From Anaerolineae bacterium (GTDB lineage Bacteria; Chloroflexota; Anaerolineae; UBA1429), in assembly GCA_040768165.1 (NCBI GenBank), contig JAXGNH010000010.1, positions 120,590-184,589 of the forward strand: DNA of 64,000 nucleotides, given 5' to 3'. The notes under the pieces are model-generated. The model was not told where the DNA came from. It was given only the letters and a program-made list of their open reading frames with translations, and made no database searches. A program made the position numbers and the translations under genes. Shown in pieces: positions 54,672-63,100 of the stretch (its first letter is position 1; each line of letters opens with the position of its first letter).

Positions 54672-56129
54672 TCAGCGCTCCTGTCCCACGCCGAGGCGCC
54701 CAAAGGCCAGGCCACCCACGATGCGCAGGACGCCGATGACCGCCAGCGCCGGCACGATGCCGACCGCATCGGCCAGGAGTGTGCCGAGGAGCGGGCCGGC
54801 AAAGCCGCAGATGTTGGCCAAAAAGCTGTTGGCGGCGGCAAAGGTGGGGCGCTCCTCCTCGGTGGACACCTGCAGCAGGGTGTTGGTGAGGAATATGTTG
54901 GAGCCGGCGCCAAAGATGCCGCCGGCCATCGCCGGCAACAGCAGCATCTCGGGGGTAGTGGCGATGGACGTGAGCAGGGGATAGAGCGACACGCCCAGGG
55001 TGGAGGCCCACAGCCAGCGGCGACGCTCCGGCCGCGCCAGGACGCGCCCGAGCCCAAAGTAGGCGAACACGCTGAGAAAGCGCTCCACGGTGAGCAGGAT
55101 GCCGATCCAGGCGTCCGAGGCGCCCAGGGTGCGCACGCGGTAGACGGCATAGAGCGCCGACGGCATCGACATGCTGAGGCGATAGATGAACGACGCCGCC
55201 GAGTAGCGCCGAAAGGCCGGCGCGTCGCGCAGGAGCGTCATCATGGCGGACAGGTTGAAGCGACGCACCGCCGAGGGCGCGACCTCTCGCTCGGGGAGCT
55301 TGAGGCGCGACAGCACATAGATGCCGCCCAGGCCGGCAACAAAGGCGCTGCCGAACAGTACCTGGTAGTTGATGGGATAGGGAGCGCGATCGAGCCACTG
55401 GCCGGCCACGAAGCCGGCCAACGCCGCCGCCAGGCCGTTGATGGCCAGGCGGGTGCTCAGCAGCGTGGGGCGCCGATGGGGCGCCACGGCCTGCCCCAGG
55501 ATGGTGGTGAACGAGACGTCGACGGCCGACATGGGCACCGAGACGGCGCTGCGCGCCCCCACGAGGATGTAGGGAGCCAGCGTGGGGGGCAGGATGGGCA
55601 GGAACGCGAACATCCCCAGGATGGTTCGGTAGATGAGCCGTCCCCAGTTCACCGTCGCCACGAGGTTGCGCTGCCGCTGGACGAAGGAGCCCATGGGCAG
55701 CACGCTGACGATGATCACCAGGGCGGGGAGGGAGCTGTAGAGCCCCACCAGCCAGGTGGGCGCGCCCAGGCGCACGAGAAAGACGGATAGGAACGACATC
55801 ACCCCCGCATCGATGATCGCCTGAAAGATCACCTCGGTGCAGAGGATGCGCTCGTTGGGCAGCAGCGCCAGCGGCGCGCCGATCTTGAGCGCCAGTTGGG
55901 TGCGCAACCGGCCAAAGGGCCGCGCGGCGCGCGGCGCGGCCTCCGTCGCGGCGGGCTGTGCTACGCCTGGCGCTGCGTCGGCGCCGCCGTCGGACGGGTC
56001 GGTATACGCCCCTAGTTCTTCGGGGGTCGTCAAGGCGTATTGTCTCCCAGTACGGGCTGCGGCGTCGCGCGCCGGGGGGCACATGCTATGCTCGCGGCTC
56101 GCGACACCACCGTTCGCGAGGCCTCGCAC
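54672..56129 (-). CDS. MFS-like transporter (start uncertain)
   Basis: 12 predicted TM segments. The N-terminal 90 aa of the longest ORF are non-membrane and may not be translated. Confidence 0.6.
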   Translation of the reverse strand: MRGLANGGVASREHSMCPPARDAAARTGRQYALTTPEELGAYTDPSDGGADAAPGVAQPAATEAAPRAARPFGRLRTQLALKIGAPLALLPNERILCTEVIFQAIIDAGVMSFLSVFLVRLGAPTWLVGLYSSLPALVIIVSVLPMGSFVQRQRNLVATVNWGRLIYRTILGMFAFLPILPPTLAPYILVGARSAVSVPMSAVDVSFTTILGQAVAPHRRPTLLSTRLAINGLAAALAGFVAGQWLDRAPYPINYQVLFGSAFVAGLGGIYVLSRLKLPEREVAPSAVRRFNLSAMMTLLRDAPAFRRYSAASFIYRLSMSMPSALYAVYRVRTLGASDAWIGILLTVERFLSVFAYFGLGRVLARPERRRWLWASTLGVSLYPLLTSIATTPEMLLLPAMAGGIFGAGSNIFLTNTLLQVSTEEERPTFAAANSFLANICGFAGPLLGTLLADAVGIVPALAVIGVLRIVGGLAFGRLGVGQER

Positions 56130-56221
56130 GTGAGGCCTCTACCCAAGGCACATTCCCAGGGCGCTCCCTGCACGTCGCCGACCCCGCCGTCGCTCTACGC
56201 GCCGGCGTCGTGCGCGAGGCA

Positions 56222-57298
56222 TCAGCCCGCCAGCGCGCGGACCTGAGCGCGGATGGCGTCGCCCACCTCTCGCGTGGTGGCGCTGCCCCCGAGATCGGGC
56301 GTCAGCGTCCGGCCGGCGGCGGTGACCGCCTCGATGGCGCGCAGCGTGAGCGCGCCGGCATCGGCATGGCCCAGGTGATCGAGCAGCATCGACCCCGCCC
56401 AGATGGCGGCGATGGGGTTGGCGATCCCCTGGCCGGCGATGTCGGGCGCCGAGCCGTGCACCGGCTCGAACAGCGACGGGTAGCGCCGCTCGGGGTTGAT
56501 GTTGCCACTGGGGGGGATGCCCAGACTCCCCTGCAGCGCGCCTCCCAGGTCGGTGAGGATGTCGCCAAAGAGGTTCGAGGCCACCACCACGTCGAGGCTC
56601 TCCGGCGCCGTGACGAACCGCGCCGCCAGGGCGTCCACGTGGTACTGCCGGCACGCGACCTCGGGGTACTCGGCCTGGAGGGCGGCGAACACCTCGTCCC
56701 AGAAGACCATGCTGTACTGGAGGGCGTTGGATTTGGTGGCGCTCACCAGATCGCGGCGCGGGCGCCGCTTGGCGAGTTCAAAGCCGTAGCGCAGCACGCG
56801 CTCGATTCCCATGCGGGTGAACACCGAGGTCTGCACCACCACCTCATCGTCCATGCCGCGATGGGCGCGGCCGCCGACGCCGCTGTACTCCCCCTCGGTG
56901 TTCTCGCGGATGCACACCATGTCGATCTCGGCGGGGCCCTTGTCGCGCAGCGGCCCCGGCACGCCGGGCAACAGCTTGACCGGGCGAAGGTTGATGTACT
57001 GATCAAAGCTCTGGCGGATGGGCAGCAGCAGCCCCCAGAGGGAGATGTGGTCGGGCACGGGCGGAAAGCCGGCGGCGCCAAAGAGGATGCTGTCATAGTC
57101 GCCCAGGATGCGCAGACCGTCCTCGGGCATCATGCGCCCCTCGCGAAGGTAGTACTGGCACCCCCAGGGGTAGCGATCGAAGGTGAAGCGCAGGCCGCCG
57201 TGCACCTCCGCCACCACGTTCAGGGTATCCACCGCCTCGTTGATCGTATCGACGCCGATGCCGTCGCCGGGTATGGTCGCGATGCGCAACTGATCCAC
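56222..57298 (-). CDS. Tartrate dehydrogenase/decarboxylase (D-malate dehydrogenase) of the isocitrate/isopropylmalate dehydrogenase family
   Basis: [49 protein letters not shown]. Confidence 0.75.
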   Translation of the reverse strand: MDQLRIATIPGDGIGVDTINEAVDTLNVVAEVHGGLRFTFDRYPWGCQYYLREGRMMPEDGLRILGDYDSILFGAAGFPPVPDHISLWGLLLPIRQSFDQYINLRPVKLLPGVPGPLRDKGPAEIDMVCIRENTEGEYSGVGGRAHRGMDDEVVVQTSVFTRMGIERVLRYGFELAKRRPRRDLVSATKSNALQYSMVFWDEVFAALQAEYPEVACRQYHVDALAARFVTAPESLDVVVASNLFGDILTDLGGALQGSLGIPPSGNINPERRYPSLFEPVHGSAPDIAGQGIANPIAAIWAGSMLLDHLGHADAGALTLRAIEAVTAAGRTLTPDLGGSATTREVGDAIRAQVRALAG

Positions 57299-57403
57299 CG
57301 ATTCCGCCTCCCTCTACAAGGTCGAGGGCGCCTCCGCACCCTCGCCAGGACGCAGCGATTGTACCCCACCCACCGAGGAGTGCCAAGCGTCGAGGGTGAG
57401 GGG

Positions 57404-57547
57404 AGGGAACGCGGATGGACGCGGATTCAACGGATGAACACGGATCTCTATGGATGCCATGTCAGAGGGATAGAAGGGTGACCCAGTGCTCGGCGTGTCA
57501 GGGATCCATACCTCGGATCCGCGCCCATCCGCCTGACGCGTTCCCTC
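57404..57547. repeat. Family B palindromic element (degenerate)
   Basis: agggaacgcggatggacgcggattcaacggatgaacacggat ... ggatccgcgcccatccgcctgacgcgttccct. Confidence 0.8.
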
Positions 57548-57565
57548 TCCCCCATGGCCAGACGT

Positions 57566-57595
57566 TTGACACCCCCTTGGCACGGCCACTATAAT
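57566..57595 (+). promoter_or_regulatory. Promoter TTGACA-18-TATAAT
   Basis: ttgaca cccccttggcacggccac tataat. Confidence 0.65.
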
Positions 57596-57651
57596 CGCCA
57601 CAATCGCTCCGGCGCGGGGCTTGCCGCCTCGACGCCGGGCACGGAGGCGCG

Positions 57652-58545
57652 ATGGCTTGGAAGCCGGATAAGGCCCTGGGGCTGGGCGTGGGCCTGATGG
57701 TGGTGCTGGTCATCATCGGCATGGAGGCCTTTCTCCTGCAGAGCATGTTGGACCAGCCGCCGGGGCTAAACCTGTACGTGATGGCGTTGTTGTTCGTCCT
57801 CAGTCTCCCGCTGTTAGTGCTCTGGCTCTACTGGTACTATGGCCTGGCGACGTTGCGCTACACCATGGATCGCAACGCGCTGGTGATCGCCTGCGGCGCC
57901 AGTCGCTATGTGGTGCCGATGGAGGAGATCCGCCGCACCGTGCGGGGGGACGAGGTGTCGATCCTCCAGGGGTTTCGCGGCGTGGGATGGCCCGGCTACC
58001 TCATGGGCAGCCTGCGCCTGCGCGACCTGGGGCTGCTGCTGGTGGCCAGCACCGAGCCCGTCGAGCGGCAGCTCATCGTCGTGACCGACCGCATGTGTTA
58101 TGGCATCTCGCCGCGACAGCCGGAGCAGTTCCTGGCCGACCTGGCGGCGCGCCAGGCGCTGGGCGTGCTGCACCCGGCGGAGCAGACGGTCGAGTACGTC
58201 TCGTTCGTGGCGGCGCCCGTGTGGCGCGACCGCTGGTATTGGGCGACGGTGTTGCTGGCCTTTGTCGCCAACGCGGCGCTCTTTGGCATCATCGCGCTGC
58301 GCTACCCGACGCTGCCCGAGCGGCTGCCGCTGCACTTTGACGCCCAGGGGATGGTCGACCGCGTGGGGTTCAAGTCGGGGTTGATGGTCGTGCCGACCAT
58401 CGGGGCGCTGTCGTTGGCCGCCAACGGCGCGTTGGGCACCATCCTCCATGGCCGCGAGCGTCTGGCCGCCTACCTGCTGGCGGGCATGACGGTGATCCTG
58501 CAGGTGGTGCTCTGGGTCGCGGCGTTGGGGATCCTGGGCCGCTGA
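57652..58545 (+). CDS. Membrane protein with bPH-like middle region and DUF1648-like C-terminal module
   Basis: TM hairpin, then YTMDRNALVI (PH-like). The C-terminal RYPTLPERLPLHFDAQGMVDRVGFKS matches the DUF1648 pattern from memory. Confidence 0.55.
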   Translation: MAWKPDKALGLGVGLMVVLVIIGMEAFLLQSMLDQPPGLNLYVMALLFVLSLPLLVLWLYWYYGLATLRYTMDRNALVIACGASRYVVPMEEIRRTVRGDEVSILQGFRGVGWPGYLMGSLRLRDLGLLLVASTEPVERQLIVVTDRMCYGISPRQPEQFLADLAARQALGVLHPAEQTVEYVSFVAAPVWRDRWYWATVLLAFVANAALFGIIALRYPTLPERLPLHFDAQGMVDRVGFKSGLMVVPTIGALSLAANGALGTILHGRERLAAYLLAGMTVILQVVLWVAALGILGR

Positions 58546-58558
58546 GAACGGGGGCGAT

Positions 58559-59401
58559 GTGGGGCTGTTCCTCTTGGGCCTGGCTGCGGGGGTCGCCATC
58601 GGCCTGCTGGGCCGGCGGGCGCGCCTCTTTACCTATGGTGGCGCCGGAGCCCTTGGCGCCGTGGCGGGGGTGACGTTCTACGCCGCCGGGTGGACCTGGG
58701 GGGCGCTCCTGCTGGCGGCCGTCGCCGGCGCGGCGTTGTGGCGGCTGTACGGCGCCGCCGTCAAGCGCGAGCGCCTGGGGCCCTGCGGCATTCCCCGCGC
58801 CTGGGACTGGAGCGAGGTGCTGGCGTTGACCGGCTGGCCGGCGCTCCTAGCGGTGGTGACGCGGCTCGGGGCGGCTCCTTTCGGGTTTTACGCCGGCTTT
58901 TGCGGAGCCCTGGCCACCACGGCCGCCGACCGCTGGGCGACAGAGATCGGCCTGCTCAGCCCGCGCCCGCCGCGGCTGATCGTCAGCAGGCGCGAGGTGC
59001 GCGCCGGCACGCCGGGGGCCGTCTCCACGTTGGGCATCGTCGCGGCGGCGGGGGGCGCCTGGTTGATCGGCTTTCTCGGGATGCTGCTGCCGGTGGCGGT
59101 GGCATGGGTGCGCGACGAGCCGTGGGAGCCTGCCCTGGCGTGGCTGCCGGTGGCCGCCACGGCCGGCGGCGTCATCGGCGCCCTGGTGGACAGCATGCTG
59201 GCGGGCACCGCGCAGGCGGTGTACTATTGCGAAAAGTGCGAGCGCATCACCGAGCGGCCGGAGCGTTGCGACGGGGGGCGCGCCGAGCAGGTGCGCGGCT
59301 GGTGGTGGCTCACCAGCGACGGGATCGACCTGGTGTGCGCTATCCTGGGGGCGGCGGTCTCTGCGGCCATCGTAGGGTGGCTTGCGCCAGGTACCATCTA
59401 G
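58559..59401 (+). CDS. DUF92/TMEM19-family integral membrane protein
   Basis: GTG start. AADRWATEIG and GAVSTLG motifs. Confidence 0.65.
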   Translation: MGLFLLGLAAGVAIGLLGRRARLFTYGGAGALGAVAGVTFYAAGWTWGALLLAAVAGAALWRLYGAAVKRERLGPCGIPRAWDWSEVLALTGWPALLAVVTRLGAAPFGFYAGFCGALATTAADRWATEIGLLSPRPPRLIVSRREVRAGTPGAVSTLGIVAAAGGAWLIGFLGMLLPVAVAWVRDEPWEPALAWLPVAATAGGVIGALVDSMLAGTAQAVYYCEKCERITERPERCDGGRAEQVRGWWWLTSDGIDLVCAILGAAVSAAIVGWLAPGTI

Positions 59402-59410
59402 TGGTAGAAT
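59382..59410 (+). promoter_or_regulatory. Candidate promoter TTGCGC-17-TAGAAT
   Basis: Overlaps the 3' end of the DUF92 gene and lies upstream of the corrinoid-protein gene. Confidence 0.4.
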
Positions 59411-59491
59411 CGCGGTCACATGGGGCGCGTTTGGCGCGTCAGGTGGCGCGCGAATCGTCACCAACAGTCAAGCTCGGGGAGGACACAAGCC

Positions 59492-60127
59492 ATGGGTCAC
59501 AAGGAAACGATCTACCAGGGCATTCTAAATGGCAACATGAAGGCCGTGGAGGATGCCACCAAAGCAGCCCTGAGTGAGGCAGTGCCCGCGGGGGAGCTGC
59601 TGAACGAGGCCATGATCCCGGCGATGGCGGAGGTCGGTCGACTGTTTGAAGCCAACGAGTACTATGTGCCCGAGATGCTCATCGCCGCGCGCGCCATGAA
59701 GGCCGGCCTGGCCCTGTTGCGACCCGAGCTGGTGAAGGAAAAGGTAGAGCCGCTGGGCAAAGTGGTGCTTGGCACCGTCAAGGGCGACCTGCACGACATC
59801 GGCAAGAACCTGGTGTCCATCATGGTCGAGGGCGCGGGCTTTGAAGTGGTCGACCTGGGCGTCGACGTGGCCCCCGAAAAGTTTGTCGGTACCGCCAAGG
59901 AGCAGAACGCCGATGTCATCGGCCTCTCGGCGCTGCTCACCACCACCATGCCGAGCATGAAGAACACCATCGAGGCGGTCAAAGAGGCCGGGCTGGACGG
60001 CAAGGTCAAGGTCGTCATCGGTGGTGCACCGGTCACGCAAAAGTATGCCGACGAGATCGGCGCCGACGGCTATGCCCGCGACGCCGCCGCGGCCGCCACC
60101 CTCGTGAAGAAGCTGCTGGGCAAGTAG
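59492..60127 (+). CDS. Corrinoid (cobalamin-binding) protein, MtaC/MtbC-like
   Basis: B12-binding helical cap plus Rossmann domain. DxHxxG motif GDLHDIGKN, SALLTTTM, GGAP. Confidence 0.85.
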   Translation: MGHKETIYQGILNGNMKAVEDATKAALSEAVPAGELLNEAMIPAMAEVGRLFEANEYYVPEMLIAARAMKAGLALLRPELVKEKVEPLGKVVLGTVKGDLHDIGKNLVSIMVEGAGFEVVDLGVDVAPEKFVGTAKEQNADVIGLSALLTTTMPSMKNTIEAVKEAGLDGKVKVVIGGAPVTQKYADEIGADGYARDAAAAATLVKKLLGK

Positions 60128-60239
60128 CCTTGATCGTACGGGATGCATACAGAGGGCGCCCGGTGGGTGCCCTCTGTTCGAGAGCCTGGGGATCGATGCG
60201 AGGCCGTGGACGTGACCTGACCCTGGGGATGGAGGAGTC

Positions 60240-61265
60240 ATGCCCGATCGCGTCATTTCCCCGGCTGTGAATGCCGACGAAGCTACCCTGGAGCGTAGCC
60301 TCAGGCCGCGCGTGCTGGACGAGTACATCGGCCAGGAGCGCGTGGTCGAGAACCTGCGCGTCTTTCTCGAGGCCGCCAAGGCGCGCTCCGAGCCCCTCGA
60401 TCATACCCTGCTCTACGGCCCCCCCGGCCTCGGCAAGACGACCCTGGCGAACGTCATCGCCGCCGAGATGGGCGTGAGCATCAAGACCACCTCCGGGCCC
60501 GTCATCGAGCGGCCCGGCGACCTGGCCGCCATCCTCACCAACCTGCGCCAGGGCGATATCCTCTTTGTCGACGAGGTGCACCGCCTCAGCCACGTGGTGG
60601 AGGAGGTGCTCTACCCGGCGATGGAGGATTTTGCCCTCGACATCGTCATCGGCAAGGGCCCGGCGGCGCGCAGCATCCGCCTGAACCTGCCCCACTTTAC
60701 CCTCATCGGCGCCACCACCCGCATCGCCCTGATGACCTCGCCCCTGCGCGATCGCTTTGGCGTGATGTACCGCCTCGATTTCTACAGCCTCGAGGCGATG
60801 CGCGAGATCGTCTCGCGCTCGGCCGCCATCCTCGACGTGGCCATCGACGAGGCGGGCTGCCACGAGATCGCCAGCCGCTCCCGCGGCACGCCCCGCGTCG
60901 CCAACCGCCTGCTAAAGCGCGTGCGCGACTACGCCCAGGTGCGCGGCGACGGCGCCATCACCGCCAAGGTGGCGCGCGAGGCGCTGGAGATGCTCGAGGT
61001 GGACGACCTCGGCCTCGATAGCTCGGACCGGCGCGTGCTGCGGACGATCATCGAAAAGTTCGACGGTGGGCCCGTGGGGCTGGACACCATCGCCGCGGCG
61101 CTCAGCGAGGACGCCGATACCATCATGGACGTGTACGAGCCGTACCTGCTGCAGCTCGGCTTCCTTGACCGCACCGCCCGCGGACGCGTGGCCACCCGCC
61201 GCGCCTACGAGCACCTCGGCGTCCCAGACAACCGCGAGCAGAACGCCCAGGCAAGTCTGTTCTAG
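60240..61265 (+). CDS. ruvB: Holliday junction branch-migration helicase RuvB
   Basis: [13 protein letters not shown], Walker [12 protein letters not shown], Walker [10 protein letters not shown]. Confidence 0.95.
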   Translation: MPDRVISPAVNADEATLERSLRPRVLDEYIGQERVVENLRVFLEAAKARSEPLDHTLLYGPPGLGKTTLANVIAAEMGVSIKTTSGPVIERPGDLAAILTNLRQGDILFVDEVHRLSHVVEEVLYPAMEDFALDIVIGKGPAARSIRLNLPHFTLIGATTRIALMTSPLRDRFGVMYRLDFYSLEAMREIVSRSAAILDVAIDEAGCHEIASRSRGTPRVANRLLKRVRDYAQVRGDGAITAKVAREALEMLEVDDLGLDSSDRRVLRTIIEKFDGGPVGLDTIAAALSEDADTIMDVYEPYLLQLGFLDRTARGRVATRRAYEHLGVPDNREQNAQASLF

Positions 61266-61271
61266 TTAGTT

Positions 61272-61376
61272 CGATGGTACGCGGATTACGCAGATGGAAC
61301 GCTGATCAACGCAGATTATGGGGATTAGAAATCAGCGGAGATCTGCGTTGAACCAGCGGAATCTGCGTACTATCAG
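61272..61376. repeat. Family B-variant palindrome
   Basis: cgatggtacgcggattacgcagatggaacgctgatcaacgcagat ... atctgcgttgaaccagcggaatctgcgtactatc. Confidence 0.8.
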
Positions 61377-61423
61377 GCTCCCGATTCGACGTGCCTTTCT
61401 GGAAGTGAGTGCCCGATCTGAGC

Positions 61424-61795
61424 ATGGAAGCACGTGCTATCGTTCTCGACGCCGAGGGGCGTACCCTCTCGCCCTGCCCCGCGGACAAGGCGCGGCGCCT
61501 GGTGGCCCAGGGGCGCGCCGAGGTCGTCCGCGACGACCCCCTGACCATCCGCCTGACGCGCTCCGTCACCATCCCCGCGCCCACGCGTAGGGGCGACCGG
61601 CGGGTCGCCCAGGACCCTGCGCCCACGCGTAGGGGCGACCGGTGGGTCGCCCAGGACCCGGCACCCAGGCGTAGGGGCGACCGGTCGCCCAGAACCCGGC
61701 CATCGCGACGGTGGGCGACCGGCCGGTCGCCCAGGACCCGGCACCCACGCGTAGGGGCGACCGGCGGTCGCCCAGGACCCGGCACCCAGGCGTAG
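61424..61795 (+). CDS. Small ORF whose first 50 aa resemble the RRXRR/PLMP N-terminal domain of HNH/IscB-type nucleases. The remainder is translated REP array.
   Basis: MEARAIVLDAEGRTLSPCPADKARRLVAQGRAEVVRDDPLTIRLTRSV follows the pattern V.VLD..G.PL.PC.P.KAR.LL..G.A.VV...PFTI.L. The ORF then runs into 42-bp repeats and stops at a repeat TAG. Confidence 0.45.
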   Translation: MEARAIVLDAEGRTLSPCPADKARRLVAQGRAEVVRDDPLTIRLTRSVTIPAPTRRGDRRVAQDPAPTRRGDRWVAQDPAPRRRGDRSPRTRPSRRWATGRSPRTRHPRVGATGGRPGPGTQA

Positions 61796-62028
61796 GGGCG
61801 ACCGCGGGTCGCCCAGAACCCGGCCATCGCGACGGTGGGCGACCGGGTCGCCCAGGACCCGGCACCCAGGCGTAGGGGCGACCGGCGGGTCGCCCAGGAC
61901 CCGGCACCCAGGCGTAGGGGCGACCGGCGAGTCGCCCAGGACCCGGCGCCCACGCGTAGGGGCGACCGGCGGGTCGCCCAGGACCCGGCCATCGCGACGG
62001 TGGGCGACCGGCCGGTCGCCCCTACGAA
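61585..62028. repeat. Tandem array of 11 REP-like units (36-44 bp), each with hairpin GGGCGACC-N2-6-GGTCGCCC
   Basis: Two head types alternate, GCGTAGGGGCGACC and GCGACGGTGGGCGACC. The last unit closes as ggtcgcccctac. Confidence 0.95.
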
Positions 62029-62572
62029 GGTCGGCGAACGCCTGCTGCTGCACATCTGCTGCGGCCCTTGCGCGACGTACACCGTGGCCCACCTGCGCGG
62101 GCTGGGGTACGAGGTGACGGGCTACTGGTTCGGCCCCAATATCCACCCCTTCAGCGAGCACGAGCGCCGCCGCGAGGCGCTGGAGACGCTGGCCGCCGAT
62201 ATCGACCTGCCGGTGATCTGGGAGCCCGGGTATGAGATGCCCGAGTTCCTGCGCCTGGTGGCCGGCACCCCCGAGCGCCCGGCGCGCTGCCGCATCTGCT
62301 ACCGGATGCGCCTGGCGCGCACGGCCCGCGTCGCTGCGGCGGGCGGGTTCGACGCCTTTTCCACGACGCTGCTCATCAGCCCCTATCAGGACCTGGACGC
62401 CATCCGCGAGATCGGCGCGGAGGAGGGGGACGCCCAGCGCGTGCGGTTTTACTTTGAGAACCTGCGCAAGGGGTTCGCCGAGCACCATCGCCTGGCCCGC
62501 GAGCACGGGCTGTACATGCAGCGCTACTGCGGGTGCGTGTATAGCGAGTGGGAGGGGTTGCGGGGGAGGTGA
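62000..62572 (+). CDS. queH: Epoxyqueuosine reductase QueH (DUF208)
   Basis: LLLHICCGPCA, RCRICY, STTLLISPYQ, YCGCVYSE. The start is uncertain: GTG 62000 lies inside the last repeat unit, and the conserved core begins near 62040. Confidence 0.8.
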   Translation: MGDRPVAPTKVGERLLLHICCGPCATYTVAHLRGLGYEVTGYWFGPNIHPFSEHERRREALETLAADIDLPVIWEPGYEMPEFLRLVAGTPERPARCRICYRMRLARTARVAAAGGFDAFSTTLLISPYQDLDAIREIGAEEGDAQRVRFYFENLRKGFAEHHRLAREHGLYMQRYCGCVYSEWEGLRGR

Positions 62573-62622
62573 GGGACAGCCGGGGGGCCGGCGCCCCGTG
62601 GAGCCATTCTAGAGCAAAACGA

Positions 62623-62651
62623 TTGACTTGTATGTCGCCTTACCCTATGGT
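62623..62651 (+). promoter_or_regulatory. Candidate promoter TTGACT-17-TATGGT
   Basis: ttgact tgtatgtcgccttaccc tatggt. Confidence 0.45.
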
Positions 62652-62673
62652 GGATATGGGGGAATCATGACGG

Positions 62674-62707
62674 CGGTCGCGCGGCGTCGCGCGATCGTTT
62701 TTGTTTT
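62674..62707 (+). terminator. Strong intrinsic terminator (10-bp GC stem plus TTTTTGTTTT)
   Basis: cggtcgcgcg gcgt cgcgcgatcg tttttgtttt. It lies between the candidate promoter and the ABM-like gene. Confidence 0.7.
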
Positions 62708-62750
62708 GTCTGGATAGCGCGCCCAACAGTGGGCGCAAAGGGAGCGTACC

Positions 62751-63062
62751 ATGTTTGCGCGTGTTAGCCGATACCATGGGGACCCGGGGAAGGTGAAGGA
62801 GGCCTTTACCGCGCCGAGCCCCGCCGAACTCGGCCAGACCCCCGGATACCTGGGCGCCTATGTGCTGGTCGACGAAAAGAGGGGCAAGGCGATCACCATC
62901 ACGCTCTGGGAGACGGAGGAGGCGATGCACGATAGTATCGCCCTCGCCGATCGCCTGCGCCAGGAGGCCAGCGACCAGGCCGGCGGCAAGGAGAAACCTA
63001 CGTACGAGATGTACGAGGTGGTGGAGGTGCCGGAATTCGCCAAGGAGTTGGTGCGGCGGTAG
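62751..63062 (+). CDS. Small dimeric alpha/beta-barrel (ABM-like) protein
   Basis: 103 aa. The pattern GYLGAYVLVDEKRGKAITITLWETEEAM is typical of ABM/DUF-type ferredoxin-like folds. RBS AGGGAG. Confidence 0.5.
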   Translation: MFARVSRYHGDPGKVKEAFTAPSPAELGQTPGYLGAYVLVDEKRGKAITITLWETEEAMHDSIALADRLRQEASDQAGGKEKPTYEMYEVVEVPEFAKELVRR

Positions 63063-63072
63063 GTGGGGAGGT

Positions 63073-63100
63073 GTAGGGGCGACCGGCCGGTCGCCCCTAC
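63073..63100. repeat. Single canonical GTAGGG-headed REP hairpin
   Basis: gtaggggcgaccggccggtcgcccctac, a perfect palindrome. Its CTA supplies the stop codon of the radical-SAM gene. Confidence 0.9.

Noticed and set aside
61585-62028. Regularly spaced hairpin repeats that could be mistaken for a CRISPR array.
   Set aside because: Units are contiguous (about 42 bp head to tail) with no unique spacers, no leader and no cas genes. The same hairpin occurs singly elsewhere (63073). This is a REP-type tandem array.
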